From the NCBI GenBank assembly GCA_964601675.1, contig CAZROF010000001.1, positions 1 through 57,346 of the forward strand: a stretch of 57,346 nucleotides of DNA, in the 5' to 3' direction. Positions 7,737 through 18,239 of this stretch are shown here, piece by piece. The DNA comes from Candidatus Woesearchaeota archaeon (GTDB lineage Archaea; Nanobdellota; Nanobdellia; Pacearchaeales; GW2011-AR1). The position numbers and the translations under genes are program-made. The notes below the pieces were generated by a model. The model was not told the DNA's origin. It was given only the letters and a program-made list of their open reading frames with translations, and searched no databases. How positions within the stretch are numbered: the stretch's first letter is position 1; each line of letters starts with the position of its first letter.

Positions 7737-8738
7737 CTATTTTCCCATCAAAAACTCATGAACACCCTTAGCCGCAACAGCCCCTTCTCCAGCAGCCGTA
7801 ATCATCTGTCTCAACTTACTGTCACTAACATCCCCAGCCGCAAAAACTCCATCCACACTAGTCTTACAATCCTTCCCAGTAACAATATAACCACTATCCA
7901 TAGTCAAACCCAAATCTTTTAAAACCTCAGTTGCAGGAACCGCCCCAGCCTCAATAAAAATCCCACTAACATTCAAAACCTCCTCCGACTCTTTACCCTC
8001 AACTTCCGACTTTAGAATTTTAAGTCTACTAACAACATTTTCTCCTAAAACTTCAATAGGTACCGCATTATAAATAACATTAATCTTTTTGTTATTCTTA
8101 ATCGCGACCAGACTCACGGGCTCACATCTCATTTCATTCCCACGATAAACAACAGTCACCTTATCACAAATATCCGCTAAATAAAGTGCAGCCTTAGCAG
8201 CCGAATTAGCCCCGCCAATAACTGCAACCTCCTTTCCCTTAAAGAAATTTCCGTCACACGTGGCACAATAACTAACACCTTTCCCCAAAAACTCTTTTTC
8301 TCCCGGAATATTCAACTGTCTATGCTCTGTTCCAAGACATACAATTAAACTCTTAGCCTTGGCAATATTATCTCCATAATGCAGGACAAAAACATCCCCA
8401 TCTTTTTCCACTTTCTCAAAACTAGCCTCTAAAAATTCAGCCCCAAATTTTTCAGCCTGTGTTTTAATGTTCGTCATTAACTCTTGTCCAGAACCAATAA
8501 ATCCAGGCCAGTTTTCAACCTCTCCAGCCAAATTCGCAGTCCCACCAAAACTCGCAGCTACAATTAGTGTTTTTATATTGTAACGACCAGTATAAATCGC
8601 CGCAGTTAATCCAGCAGGACCTCCTCCTAAAATTAAAACATCATAAGATGAATTTCGGAGTTTAGATTTTTTAGAATTAAAATGGGAAGATTCCGTCTTG
8701 TTAATTTTGTCTTGCGAAATCTTACTAACATCTTCCAT
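7737..8738 (-). CDS. trxB: thioredoxin reductase-type flavoprotein disulfide reductase
   Basis: GGGPAGLTAA (FAD), CATCDG redox site, GGANSAAKAAL and GDV. The canonical NADPH motif HRRxxxR reads YRGNEMR here, so the reductant specificity is uncertain. There is a roughly 30-aa N-terminal extension. Confidence 0.8.
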   Translation of the reverse strand: MEDVSKISQDKINKTESSHFNSKKSKLRNSSYDVLILGGGPAGLTAAIYTGRYNIKTLIVAASFGGTANLAGEVENWPGFIGSGQELMTNIKTQAEKFGAEFLEASFEKVEKDGDVFVLHYGDNIAKAKSLIVCLGTEHRQLNIPGEKEFLGKGVSYCATCDGNFFKGKEVAVIGGANSAAKAALYLADICDKVTVVYRGNEMRCEPVSLVAIKNNKKINVIYNAVPIEVLGENVVSRLKILKSEVEGKESEEVLNVSGIFIEAGAVPATEVLKDLGLTMDSGYIVTGKDCKTSVDGVFAAGDVSDSKLRQMITAAGEGAVAAKGVHEFLMGK

Positions 8739-8824
8739 ATCAAAAGATGCAAAAAGGGGTTTTTATAGTTTGGGAAAAAGCAGAAATTAACAAAACTTAA
8801 ATACCGGATTATCCAAAACATACT

Positions 8825-9847
8825 ATGAACCCCCAAGAAAAACTAAACCTAATCAAAAGAAATACAGCCGAAATAATAGGAGAATCAGAACTAAAAAAAC
8901 TACTAGAAGAAAAAGAAGAACCTTCAGTATACATCGGAACCACACCAACAGGAGTCCCTCATATCGGATACTTTATATGGGGACTAAAACTAGCAGACCT
9001 TCTAAACGCAGGATTTAGGGTGAAAATTCTCCTCGCGGATTTGCACGCAGCTCTTGACAACACACCATGGGAAGTCTTGGAATATCGTTACGATTTTTAC
9101 GCAAAAATAATACCCCTAATGATAAAAGCAATGGGAGCCAATATAGAAAAACTAGAATTCATAAAAGGCTCAGATTTTCAACTATCAAAAGATTACGTTT
9201 TAGATATATTCAAAATCTCAAGCCAAACAACTGTCCATGATTGCCACAAAGCCGCCTCGGAAGTAGTCAAACTAGGAGACAATCCAAAATTATCAGGATA
9301 CATCTACCCACTGATGCAAGCACTCGATGAAGAATACTTAAAAGTGGATATGCAAATTGGGGCAATAGATCAAAGAAAAATTATGGTAATGGCAAGAGAA
9401 CAACTTCCAAAATTAGGATACAAAAAAAGAATAGAACTGATGGTCCCATTCCTTCCAGGATTAGTTGGCAAAAAAATGTCAGCTTCAGTTGAAGCTTCGA
9501 AAATAGGATTAATGGATTCTCCAGAGACAGTTCAGAAAAAAGTGAAATCAGCGGACTTCATAGCAGGTAATAGTGATAATGGGACAATGGGATTTTTTGA
9601 AAAAATAGCCTTTGTTCTACTTCAAGATAAAAATGAAAAACTAATAATAGAGCGACCAAAAAAATTTGGCGGCAATTTAGAATTTGAAACTTATAAAGAA
9701 TTAGAAAAAGCAGTTATTAAAGAAACCATTCATCCTCTTGATGTGAAAAATGCAGCTGCATCACAAATTACAAATCTTCTTTCAGAAATAGAAAGCCATA
9801 GAGAAGAATTAGAAAAATTAGAAAAACTAGCATATCCAAAAAAATGA
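8825..9847 (+). CDS. tyrS: tyrosyl-tRNA synthetase, archaeal type
   Basis: VYIGTTPTGVPHIGY (HIGH), AGFRVKILLADLHAALDN (compare M. jannaschii ..ILLADLHAYLN) and KMSAS (KMSKS). Confidence 0.9.
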   Translation: MNPQEKLNLIKRNTAEIIGESELKKLLEEKEEPSVYIGTTPTGVPHIGYFIWGLKLADLLNAGFRVKILLADLHAALDNTPWEVLEYRYDFYAKIIPLMIKAMGANIEKLEFIKGSDFQLSKDYVLDIFKISSQTTVHDCHKAASEVVKLGDNPKLSGYIYPLMQALDEEYLKVDMQIGAIDQRKIMVMAREQLPKLGYKKRIELMVPFLPGLVGKKMSASVEASKIGLMDSPETVQKKVKSADFIAGNSDNGTMGFFEKIAFVLLQDKNEKLIIERPKKFGGNLEFETYKELEKAVIKETIHPLDVKNAAASQITNLLSEIESHREELEKLEKLAYPKK

Positions 9848-9894
9848 TTTTTCATATCCAAAACATTTAAATATAGAACCAACATTTATAATTC

Positions 9895-10368
9895 ATGAAA
9901 GATGGTGATGTAGAATGTTGCTCAAGTTTCGACCCAAAAAAATGGGATAAGAAAAAAGTGACATGGAAAGATAAAATGTTTATCAAGGACAAAGTTTTCT
10001 CATTCTTCCATGTTCCACTTAATTTCACAAATGTAATTCACAGGAACACCGAAAAAATCAAAAAAGCAAAAGCATCACTAAAAGACACGATGGTTCTAAC
10101 TGATGAAGCATCTTTATTTCACACAAATGTATACATAAGCACAAAAAGAGCAATACCAGGAGTTCACGACGTAAAAGTGAGTGGAACATTTCTAACAAGA
10201 GTTTTCGAAGGTTCTTATAGTAATATAAAGAAGTGGACAAAAGAAATGGAAGAATATGTGAAGCTGGAGAAAAAGCAATTGAAACATATGTATTATTATT
10301 ACACACAGTGCCCTAAATGCGCAAAAGAGAAAGAGAAGAAATATGTAGTGTTGTTTGCAGAGATTTAA
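9895..10368 (+). CDS. conserved uncharacterised protein with CC...CPxC motifs
   Basis: ECCSSFDPKKWD..., FLTRVFEGSY and YYYTQCPKCAKEKEKKYVVL resemble a family often annotated generically as hydrolase. The function is unknown. Confidence 0.4.
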   Translation: MKDGDVECCSSFDPKKWDKKKVTWKDKMFIKDKVFSFFHVPLNFTNVIHRNTEKIKKAKASLKDTMVLTDEASLFHTNVYISTKRAIPGVHDVKVSGTFLTRVFEGSYSNIKKWTKEMEEYVKLEKKQLKHMYYYYTQCPKCAKEKEKKYVVLFAEI

Positions 10369-10411
10369 TTTTTGTCCAAAACTTCTTAAATTGATTTATC
10401 TAAGATATTTT

Positions 10412-11383
10412 ATGAAATCTATTAAAAAAAATATAGAACAAGTAGTGAAGCCAAAGATTTTACCAAAATCAACAACTAAACCAAAGCGAGCTCTAGTTCT
10501 CTATTCTGGCGGCCTAGATTCTCGTTTAGTCATACGCCTACTTCAAGATCAAGATTTTGAAATAACAGCTCTCTATTTTGCACTCCCATTCGGCTGCGGA
10601 TGTTGTAATATAAATTGCAATTTCAACTTCACCCAAAAAGAAAAAGTGAAATTAGAAATTATGGACGTCAACAAAGAGCCACTTTTATCAGAATACCTCG
10701 AAATCCTAAAAAATCCAAAACACGGAACAGGCGCAGGCATTAATCCCTGTAAAGATTGTAAAATTTTTATGTTCAAAAAAGCAAAAGAATATGCAGATTC
10801 TCATGGCATCAAATTAATTGCAACAGGTGAAGTTATAGGGCAAAGACCAATGTCTCAAATAAGCTCAGCAATGAAGATAATAGATAAAGAAATAGGTTTT
10901 GAAATTTTAAGACCACTTTGTGCGCAGAAAATAAAAGAAACTTCATTTGAGAAATCCGGATTAGTTGATAGGGACAAACTCTTATCAATCACAGGAAGAG
11001 GAAGAAAAACACAAATAGAACTAGCAGAAAACTACAAAATAAAATATCCAACTCCTGGAGGCGGATGCTTTCTTTGTGAAAAATCCCCAGCCGCACGTCT
11101 TCAATACCTTCTAGAAAAAAACCTAATAACAGAAGAAATATTACCATTAACCATGATAGGCAGACATTTCTACATAAATAACATATGGTTCGTAGTAGCA
11201 AGAGATGCAAAAGAATCCCAAATTATCACGACATTTAAAAATCATATTTCAGATGACTACGGCAAACCAGCAATATATTATAGCCAACAACAAGGCAAAA
11301 GCGAAGCATTGTCTCTTCAAGAAGCATATTCAACCGGAGACAAAGAAGAAGAAAGAAATAAATTCAAAAAATATAAATTATGA
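10412..11383 (+). CDS. PP-loop ATP pyrophosphatase, ThiI-like tRNA thiolation enzyme (no THUMP domain seen)
   Basis: LVLYSGGLDS (PP-loop), CKDCKIFMF..A and ATGEVIGQRPMSQ (compare ThiI TGESLGQVASQ), plus extra Cys clusters (CGCCNINC, GGGCFLCE). The start is taken at the ATG 10412. Confidence 0.6.
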   Translation: MKSIKKNIEQVVKPKILPKSTTKPKRALVLYSGGLDSRLVIRLLQDQDFEITALYFALPFGCGCCNINCNFNFTQKEKVKLEIMDVNKEPLLSEYLEILKNPKHGTGAGINPCKDCKIFMFKKAKEYADSHGIKLIATGEVIGQRPMSQISSAMKIIDKEIGFEILRPLCAQKIKETSFEKSGLVDRDKLLSITGRGRKTQIELAENYKIKYPTPGGGCFLCEKSPAARLQYLLEKNLITEEILPLTMIGRHFYINNIWFVVARDAKESQIITTFKNHISDDYGKPAIYYSQQQGKSEALSLQEAYSTGDKEEERNKFKKYKL

Positions 11384-11865
11384 AAGCAGTTTGGAAATTT
11401 ACCAATGGTCGCGAATTAAATAAATCAGAATTCATAAATTATTTCGAAAGAAAAGTTTTTCGAACAATAAGAAAATTCCAAATGCTTCCCGAAGACAAAA
11501 TTTTTAAACTGAAAAAAAGTAAAGAACTAAACACACTCGTATTAAAACAAATTCTGTCACAAAAATTCCAAATAAAAGAAATGTCAAAATCCAATATATC
11601 AGCAGATAATCTATCCCAAGTTGCAGAGGATATTTTTAAAAATATAATGAAAGGCAATTTTAAAAAAACGAGAAACGAGAAAGCTCCATTATTATATATT
11701 TCTGACAAAGAAATAGAATTATACTGCAAATTAAAAGAAATAAAAGGGGAGAGTAGAAAACAAAATGAAGAAATACAAAGCCTTTTTAAAAAATTCCTAA
11801 ATAAAAATCAAGACCTAGAAATTAATATTCTCAAAGCCCAAAATCAATTAGATGAAATTAGTTAA
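11380..11865 (+). CDS. degenerate PP-loop-ATPase-like protein (TtuA/TilS-like fold lacking SGGxDS)
   Basis: PLLYISDKEIELYCKLKEI matches the PL..v.EkEi..Ya motif of N-type ATP pyrophosphatases. The PP-loop position reads KKSKELNT instead. It overlaps the previous gene (ATGA). Confidence 0.35.
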   Translation: MKAVWKFTNGRELNKSEFINYFERKVFRTIRKFQMLPEDKIFKLKKSKELNTLVLKQILSQKFQIKEMSKSNISADNLSQVAEDIFKNIMKGNFKKTRNEKAPLLYISDKEIELYCKLKEIKGESRKQNEEIQSLFKKFLNKNQDLEINILKAQNQLDEIS

Positions 11866-12406
11866 AAAAAAGACACGGATGATGCTAAGAGTAGGAGTGA
11901 CCATGATAACCATGGTATCATTTATATTAATTTCTTATGCCCTAATAAATTCTGAAATATTACAACAAGAATTAAAAGTTGCAGTTCAAAATTATGGAAT
12001 TCCGTCACTCTTCACATTATCTTTACTATTGGACTTAGCTCCTCAATTAATTTCTCCCGTCATGGTACTCACAGCAGCAATCTTTGCAGGAATCAATATC
12101 AATTATGCAATCATTATAACAATCCTCGGGTCAACGATAGGCTCAATATTGGGATTTGTCTTTGGTAAAAAATATATGCATACCGCTGTGAATCTTTTGA
12201 CACTAAAAAGATCAAGAGAAGATATTACTAGTCTTACAAATAAATACGGAAAAATAATAGTCCCGATAGCAGCAATATCTCCACTACCTTATCTTCCCGT
12301 TTTATTAGGCGCAATGAATTTTTCAAAAAGAAATTTCATAATATACGGACTAATTCCAAGGGCATTTAGCTTTATACTATACGGATACTTAATACATATA
12401 ATCTAA
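11852..12406 (+). CDS. DedA/VTT-domain membrane protein
   Basis: Multi-TM protein. LDLAPQLISPV...GSILGFVFGKKY fits the VTT (SNARE-associated/TVP38) domain. Confidence 0.55.
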   Translation: MKLVKKKTRMMLRVGVTMITMVSFILISYALINSEILQQELKVAVQNYGIPSLFTLSLLLDLAPQLISPVMVLTAAIFAGININYAIIITILGSTIGSILGFVFGKKYMHTAVNLLTLKRSREDITSLTNKYGKIIVPIAAISPLPYLPVLLGAMNFSKRNFIIYGLIPRAFSFILYGYLIHII

Positions 12407-13617
12407 TGAAAAAACTAATAAAATCAAACAAATCACAAAGAAGCATTACGAAATATTCCACTCCAAAGTACGGAGATACAAACATTTCCAAAGGAGATTC
12501 CAATATATATCTCTTAGGAAGCTCAAGTCTAATAAATGATATAGGTAGCGAGATGATAACCCCGCTCTTGCCATTTATAATTACATCCCTAGGGGGAGCA
12601 GGTCTAGCAATAGGACTAATCTCGGGACTTAGGGAAGGACTCTCAAGTTTAATTAAACTTATAGGCGGATATCTTTCCGACATAACAGGAAGAAGAAGAC
12701 GTTTCGTCTTTGCAGGATATCTAACATCAATTATTTTTAGATTACTCTTAGCCTTTGCAACAACAACATCTCAAATCATAACATTTGTATCACTAGAAAG
12801 ATTTGGAAAAGTCAGAGACGCGCCACGAGACGCAATCCTAATAGATACAACAACAAAAAGAGGACGGAGCTTTGGAATACACCAAGCAATGGATACATCA
12901 GGAGCAATCATTGGATCTCTTATGGTTTTACTCTTATTCTGGAGACTTAACTGGAGTTTTTCAGCAATAATAATAACAGCGGCGGCAATATCATCAATGT
13001 CTCTCATACCACTAATATTCGTAAGTAAAACAAGTAGAAAAAAACAAAAAACAAAATTCCTTAAATCTATAAAATCTCTAGATACAAGATTAAAATACAT
13101 AATATTCACACTCTCCGTATTTACTCTTGCCAACTTTGGACTCTACTTCTTCATAATACTAATAGCAAAAAACATAACAGGTGGGTTTCTAGCCCCCCTT
13201 CTTCTCTTTCTCCTCTTTAATACAGTCTCTGCAGGGTTTACAACATTTTTCGGAAAACTTTCAGACTCCATTGGAAGAAAAAAAGTCCTCTTAATGGGAT
13301 TTTTCCTCTTTGCAATAGTCAGTCTAGCCTTCATTTTTAATACACACAATCTAACATCAATAACAATAATATTCGCAGCATATGGTCTCGTTAATGCAAT
13401 CACACTATCAAACCAAAAAGCCCTAGTCTCAGATTTTGCAGGCAATATGAAAGCGACAGCAATGGGAGTATATTATTTCGTAACAGGACTAGTAAATATC
13501 TTGGCAGGCTTAATTGCAGGTATACTCTGGGACATCTCACCAGAAACAATGTTTATATATATATTCTGCGTAGCATTAATCGCAACAATTCTACTTGGTT
13601 TTGTTAAAGAAAATTAG
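12406..13617 (+). CDS. MFS transporter
   Basis: About 12 TM helices. GYLSDITGRRRR and GKLSDSIGRKK are the duplicated MFS loop motifs. Confidence 0.75.
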   Translation: MKKLIKSNKSQRSITKYSTPKYGDTNISKGDSNIYLLGSSSLINDIGSEMITPLLPFIITSLGGAGLAIGLISGLREGLSSLIKLIGGYLSDITGRRRRFVFAGYLTSIIFRLLLAFATTTSQIITFVSLERFGKVRDAPRDAILIDTTTKRGRSFGIHQAMDTSGAIIGSLMVLLLFWRLNWSFSAIIITAAAISSMSLIPLIFVSKTSRKKQKTKFLKSIKSLDTRLKYIIFTLSVFTLANFGLYFFIILIAKNITGGFLAPLLLFLLFNTVSAGFTTFFGKLSDSIGRKKVLLMGFFLFAIVSLAFIFNTHNLTSITIIFAAYGLVNAITLSNQKALVSDFAGNMKATAMGVYYFVTGLVNILAGLIAGILWDISPETMFIYIFCVALIATILLGFVKEN

Positions 13618-13659
13618 CTTCTAAACAAAGTTTATATAATACCATGGAGTGACATTAAC

Positions 13660-14472
13660 ATGGATTTTAATACAGCCTTAAAATTTAGCAACAAAATAAA
13701 AAAAGAAACTTTCTTTATCAATCCCTTATTTATATTTCAAAATTGTTTTACAAAAAACGGCATACTTTACGAAAATGAATTAATTGAAGAAGTTAATCCG
13801 TTATTAATTTATCCAGATAATCACGAGGATATATCAAATCAAATAATAGGAACAGGTTTTGAAAATGATATCGATAAAATAGAAAATATATATACAATAG
13901 ATAAAAAAGAAGAATTAGGTTTGGAGTTTTTTTATTCTACAAATGATTGGATAAATTTGGAAGGATCAAAATTCAAAAGGATAAGAAATCAAATTAAGAA
14001 ATTCAAGAAAGATTATGATTTTAGAATATTGCAAGATTATCCTAAAGATAAAGTGATTGAATTTTTAGAAGAATGGGGAAATGAAAAACGAAAAAAAGAA
14101 GTCAAAGAATTGACAAAAGAGTTATTTGAACATGAGCTAAAAGAGACCAAAAAAAATCTAAATTATATTGATAAGTGTGAAAATAAAAAACTCTATATAG
14201 AAAGTGATGGAAAACTTCTGGGTTTTGCAGTTGCAATAAAGTACGGAGATAATTGGGCATTACTAATCCAAAAAAATATTCACGGAATTACTGGACTATC
14301 TCAGTTGTTTTATCATTTAATCTCAGAGGAAATAGGAAAAGACGAAATATATGCTACCGGAGCAGAAGCTCAAGATCCAAACATGAAAGCATTTAAGGAA
14401 AGCTTAAGGCCTATCGGAATTAAAAAATTATACACAATTTATATTGGTTCTAAAAGAACGCTTGATAGCTAA
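13660..14472 (+). CDS. DUF2156-like (MprF C-terminal/GNAT-fold) protein
   Basis: LEGSKFKRIRNQIKKFKK and TGAEAQDPNMKAFKESLRP resemble the DUF2156 pattern (l.G.k....R...n.f.k ... nlG....gl..FK..f.P). Confidence 0.4.
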   Translation: MDFNTALKFSNKIKKETFFINPLFIFQNCFTKNGILYENELIEEVNPLLIYPDNHEDISNQIIGTGFENDIDKIENIYTIDKKEELGLEFFYSTNDWINLEGSKFKRIRNQIKKFKKDYDFRILQDYPKDKVIEFLEEWGNEKRKKEVKELTKELFEHELKETKKNLNYIDKCENKKLYIESDGKLLGFAVAIKYGDNWALLIQKNIHGITGLSQLFYHLISEEIGKDEIYATGAEAQDPNMKAFKESLRPIGIKKLYTIYIGSKRTLDS

Positions 14473-16077
14473 TTCTTTATCTTGTGACTCCAAATACTCC
14501 GAATAATTTCCTTCATAGCTTTTAATCTCACCATCACCAACATCCAAAACCCGAGTAGCAATCCTATCCATAAAATACCTATCATGCGAAACAATAACAA
14601 CTGTGCCAGGAAAATCCCTAATAGCTTTCTCTAAAGAATCCTTCAAATGAATATCCAAATTATTAGTTGGCTCATCAAGCAATAAAATCTCATTGTTCTC
14701 TAAGGTAATCCGAAGTAAATTAAGACGACCTTTCTCTCCACCAGACAATTTTCCAATTTTTTGGACCAAAAACTTATCCTTAAATCCAAACTTCGAAAGT
14801 GTCATCTTCAAAACCTCAATATCTCTCCCACATTTCTCTTCAATAAATTTAGCCACAGTTTTTCCTCCACTAACTCCATCAAGCTCTTGATCAAAATAAC
14901 CAATCTTCAAATTATCTCTCCTAAAAACAGAACCCTTAGTAGCTTTTTCAATTCCCATTAATATCTTTAAGAGAGTAGTTTTCCCAAAACCGTTCCCCCC
15001 AATAACAGCAATCTTCTCCCCTTGCTCAATCTCCAAATCAACTCCCTCAAAAAGAACCCGATTGCCAAACTTCTTAGTCACACCAGAAAGCCGAAAAACC
15101 TCACACTTGTGTAACTTCTTATCGGGAAAAACTATTTCTATATCAATAACTAAGTCCGCAGGGTTAACCCCAATAACAACCTCACCAGCCTCCCTCTCTA
15201 GCCTATCCGCCAAGCACTTTAACCTCTTACTCCCAGCGAGACCAGCCCAGCGTCGCTTCTCAGCAGCACTCTCCATCAACTTAGCTTTCCTCCGAGTAGC
15301 GTCCTTAAATTTCTGTCCAAGGAGTCGTAAATGCTCACGCTCACTCTCCTCATAATCACTATATCTACCAGCATATTTCTCAAACTTCTTATCCTCAATC
15401 TTCAAAACCTCATTAACAATTTCATTTAAAAAATATCTATCATGAGAAATAACAATCAAAGATTTAATATTATCCTTAACATACTGCCCCAGCCATTCAG
15501 AAGATTTCAAGTCCAAATGATTCGTCGGTTCATCCAAAAAATAAATATCAGCCTTCCGAGCAAGGCATTCCGCAAGTCGAAGCTTCACCTTTTGCCCTCC
15601 GCTCAAACTCGATATCTTCTGGGACAAAATATCTTCACTAACTTCGAGCTTACCCAAAATATCAATCAGATTAACATTCTCAGAATCAATCGAATCTTCC
15701 GCCAAAAGGAGATTATATCTATCCATCAAAGAATTAAGATTATCCTCATCTTCATATATCTCAGGGGTCCCCATTTTTTGTTCCATTCCATATTTCTTAT
15801 CTTCCAATCTCTTTTTTTTATCTTCCATATAATCCCTAAACGACCTATCCAAATTCTCAAAATTACTTTCTTGTTCCATCATACTAACCCCAATACCCTC
15901 ACTAACTATCCGACCAGAAAAATCCTCCTGACCAGATAAACACTTCAAAAAAGTAGACTTACCAGCACCATTTTTACCAACCAAGGCGATTCGTTTATCT
16001 GAATGAATAACCAAGTTAATATTCTCAAGCAAATTTTCTCTTTCAAAACCTTTTGTAAAATCATTAATAGATATCAT
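14428..16077 (-). CDS. ABC-F family ATPase (two NBDs, no TMD)
   Basis: Two Walker A motifs (GKNGAGKST, GGNGFGKTT), two signatures (LSGGQK, LSGGEK), EPTNHLD / EPTNNLD, SHDRYF twice, and a charged inter-domain linker. Confidence 0.85.
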   Translation of the reverse strand: MISINDFTKGFERENLLENINLVIHSDKRIALVGKNGAGKSTFLKCLSGQEDFSGRIVSEGIGVSMMEQESNFENLDRSFRDYMEDKKKRLEDKKYGMEQKMGTPEIYEDEDNLNSLMDRYNLLLAEDSIDSENVNLIDILGKLEVSEDILSQKISSLSGGQKVKLRLAECLARKADIYFLDEPTNHLDLKSSEWLGQYVKDNIKSLIVISHDRYFLNEIVNEVLKIEDKKFEKYAGRYSDYEESEREHLRLLGQKFKDATRRKAKLMESAAEKRRWAGLAGSKRLKCLADRLEREAGEVVIGVNPADLVIDIEIVFPDKKLHKCEVFRLSGVTKKFGNRVLFEGVDLEIEQGEKIAVIGGNGFGKTTLLKILMGIEKATKGSVFRRDNLKIGYFDQELDGVSGGKTVAKFIEEKCGRDIEVLKMTLSKFGFKDKFLVQKIGKLSGGEKGRLNLLRITLENNEILLLDEPTNNLDIHLKDSLEKAIRDFPGTVVIVSHDRYFMDRIATRVLDVGDGEIKSYEGNYSEYLESQDKELAIKRSFRTNINCV

Positions 16078-16311
16078 AGTAAAATATAAAATTTAGATAA
16101 TTTTGCATAAATGCTCCCTAGGGAAACAATTATTAGCCAGCACAGAAAGAAATAACAAAGTCAAAGCTACAAAGAGATCCTTTCACTCGCAAACTTTGTT
16201 TACTTACCATAATAAAAAATATTACTCTCAACTTTTAAACTTACCGATTTAAAATTTTGACTATCACTCCCAAAATCATCTAAATCTCTAATAAAAATAA
16301 CTTCAAAGAAA

Positions 16312-18099
16312 TTATTTTATATACCCACCTTTCTGTAATCCCCAAAATCTCCGATACTCTCCACGCTTCCCAATCAACTCGTCATGAGTCCCAACCTCAA
16401 TAATCTTACCCTTCTTCATAACAACAATCTTATCCGCATGCATAATTGTAGATAACCTATGCGCAATAATAATAGAAGTACGACCCTTCATTAATTTCGC
16501 CAAACTCTTCTGAATCTCAAACTCAGTTTCACTGTCCAATGCACTTGTTGCCTCATCTAAAACCAAAATCTTCTTATTCGCTAAAATTGCCCGTGCAATA
16601 GAAACTCTTTGTTTTTCACCACCAGATAACTTTACACCACGCTCCCCCACAATCGTTTTTTCTTTTTCAGGCATTTCGGCAATAATTTTTTCCAACTGTG
16701 CAAATCTAATTGCTTTCTTAATTTCATCCTTGGTGGCTTTAGGATTAGAAAACTTAATATTATTCCAAATACTGTCATCAAACAAAACACACTCCTGTGG
16801 CACAATACTCATAGCGCTCCTTAAGCTCTCTTGCTTAAAGTCCCGAATATCTTCGCCATCAATTAAAACTGCACCCTTCTCGACATCATAAAAACGATAT
16901 AGTAAATTAATAAGAGTAGATTTTCCACATCCTGAGTGCCCGACAAAAGCAATTTTCTTATTAGCCTCAATCTTTAAATTAAAATCCTGAAATATTTTCC
17001 GCTTTTTATATTTGAAATCGATATCTCTAAATTCAATAGCTCCTTTATTGATCTTCAAAACTCTAGCCCCAGCTTTATCTTCGATATTTCGAGGAATTTT
17101 TCCATAATCAAATAAGGACTGAAAGTTTGCCATAGACCTATAAAATTCCTGTATCCCACCAACAAAATTCCACATAGACCCTATTAAATTTACATAAATA
17201 GTATAAATGAAAACAATAGTTCCAAGTGTTATTCCCCCAGCCAAAAATTTAACGATAGGAAAATAAAGCAAGAATAACGTTCCAACTGTCACAATAAAAA
17301 CCTGTCCAGCTTCGAGCCACCTATAATATTCCCAGTACTTCAAATTAGCCTTCTTTGTATTTAAAACAAAATCTCTAAACTTACGACGTATTAAAAACTC
17401 CTTTCCAAAATATTTGATAGATTCAATATTGGTAAAAACATCGCTAATATTTCCTTTTTCTAAATCTTCAGCATCATTAGCTTCTAATTTGGCAGACTGC
17501 TGAGCTTGCTGAACGAAAAAACTAAACAAAATAAAAGAAAGAGCAGTTATGCCGACTACTATGGAAGAAGCTAAACTAAAATATATCAAAGAAAATCCTA
17601 CAATTGTAATTTGTAAAATAAAGGGTAAAAAATTATAAGTGATAGTATTAGTAATTCTTTCTATAGAATCAGAACCTCTGCCTATTTTAGAAATTAAAGA
17701 ACCTGTTTTTTGTTTGACATGGAAACTATAATCTAAATTAAGAATATGCTTGAAATATTTCTCTTTTAGATGCGCCATCATTTTAACTTCCAATTGTGCT
17801 GTAAGGTGACTCCTAAACCAAAAAGAGACCATTTGAACAATGTTGCCGATAGTATATAAGACTGCAACAATAATTAAGATAAATACAAATTCCTTCATTT
17901 CAAGGCTTCTACCTACAAAAAGAGTTCCTTTATCTATAATTTCTTTAAATAAGAATTTGGGAATAACCTGCATTAATTCGACAAGAATAACATTAATTAT
18001 TAGAAAAATAAGTAATTTTTTATAATTCTTTAAAATAGCCCAGTATTCTCTAAGATTATGTTTAAAATCTATCTTTTTCTTATCGTTTTTCTTTGCCAT
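16312..18099 (-). CDS. ABC exporter, fused TMD-NBD (ABCB/MsbA-like)
   Basis: Six TM helices plus GHSGCGKST, LSGGEKQRVSIARA and LVLDEATSALD. The start is taken at the ATG 18099 (the track start at 18129 is TTG). Confidence 0.9.
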   Translation of the reverse strand: MAKKNDKKKIDFKHNLREYWAILKNYKKLLIFLIINVILVELMQVIPKFLFKEIIDKGTLFVGRSLEMKEFVFILIIVAVLYTIGNIVQMVSFWFRSHLTAQLEVKMMAHLKEKYFKHILNLDYSFHVKQKTGSLISKIGRGSDSIERITNTITYNFLPFILQITIVGFSLIYFSLASSIVVGITALSFILFSFFVQQAQQSAKLEANDAEDLEKGNISDVFTNIESIKYFGKEFLIRRKFRDFVLNTKKANLKYWEYYRWLEAGQVFIVTVGTLFLLYFPIVKFLAGGITLGTIVFIYTIYVNLIGSMWNFVGGIQEFYRSMANFQSLFDYGKIPRNIEDKAGARVLKINKGAIEFRDIDFKYKKRKIFQDFNLKIEANKKIAFVGHSGCGKSTLINLLYRFYDVEKGAVLIDGEDIRDFKQESLRSAMSIVPQECVLFDDSIWNNIKFSNPKATKDEIKKAIRFAQLEKIIAEMPEKEKTIVGERGVKLSGGEKQRVSIARAILANKKILVLDEATSALDSETEFEIQKSLAKLMKGRTSIIIAHRLSTIMHADKIVVMKKGKIIEVGTHDELIGKRGEYRRFWGLQKGGYIK

Positions 18100-18239
18100 A
18101 TTATCTATTCGAAATCCAGACTGCCACAAAAGATATGGTTAATAAAAAATATATAAAATACTCATTGTAGACGAGTCACAACATGACCGAATATTATAAA
18201 AGATTCAATCTTCTTTATAAAACTTCTTAGTAATTAAAA

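Noticed and set aside
16105-16125. 10-bp palindrome tccctaggga in the spacer between the two ABC genes.
   Set aside because: It is short and isolated, with no partner repeats. A palindrome of this size is plausibly a chance occurrence.
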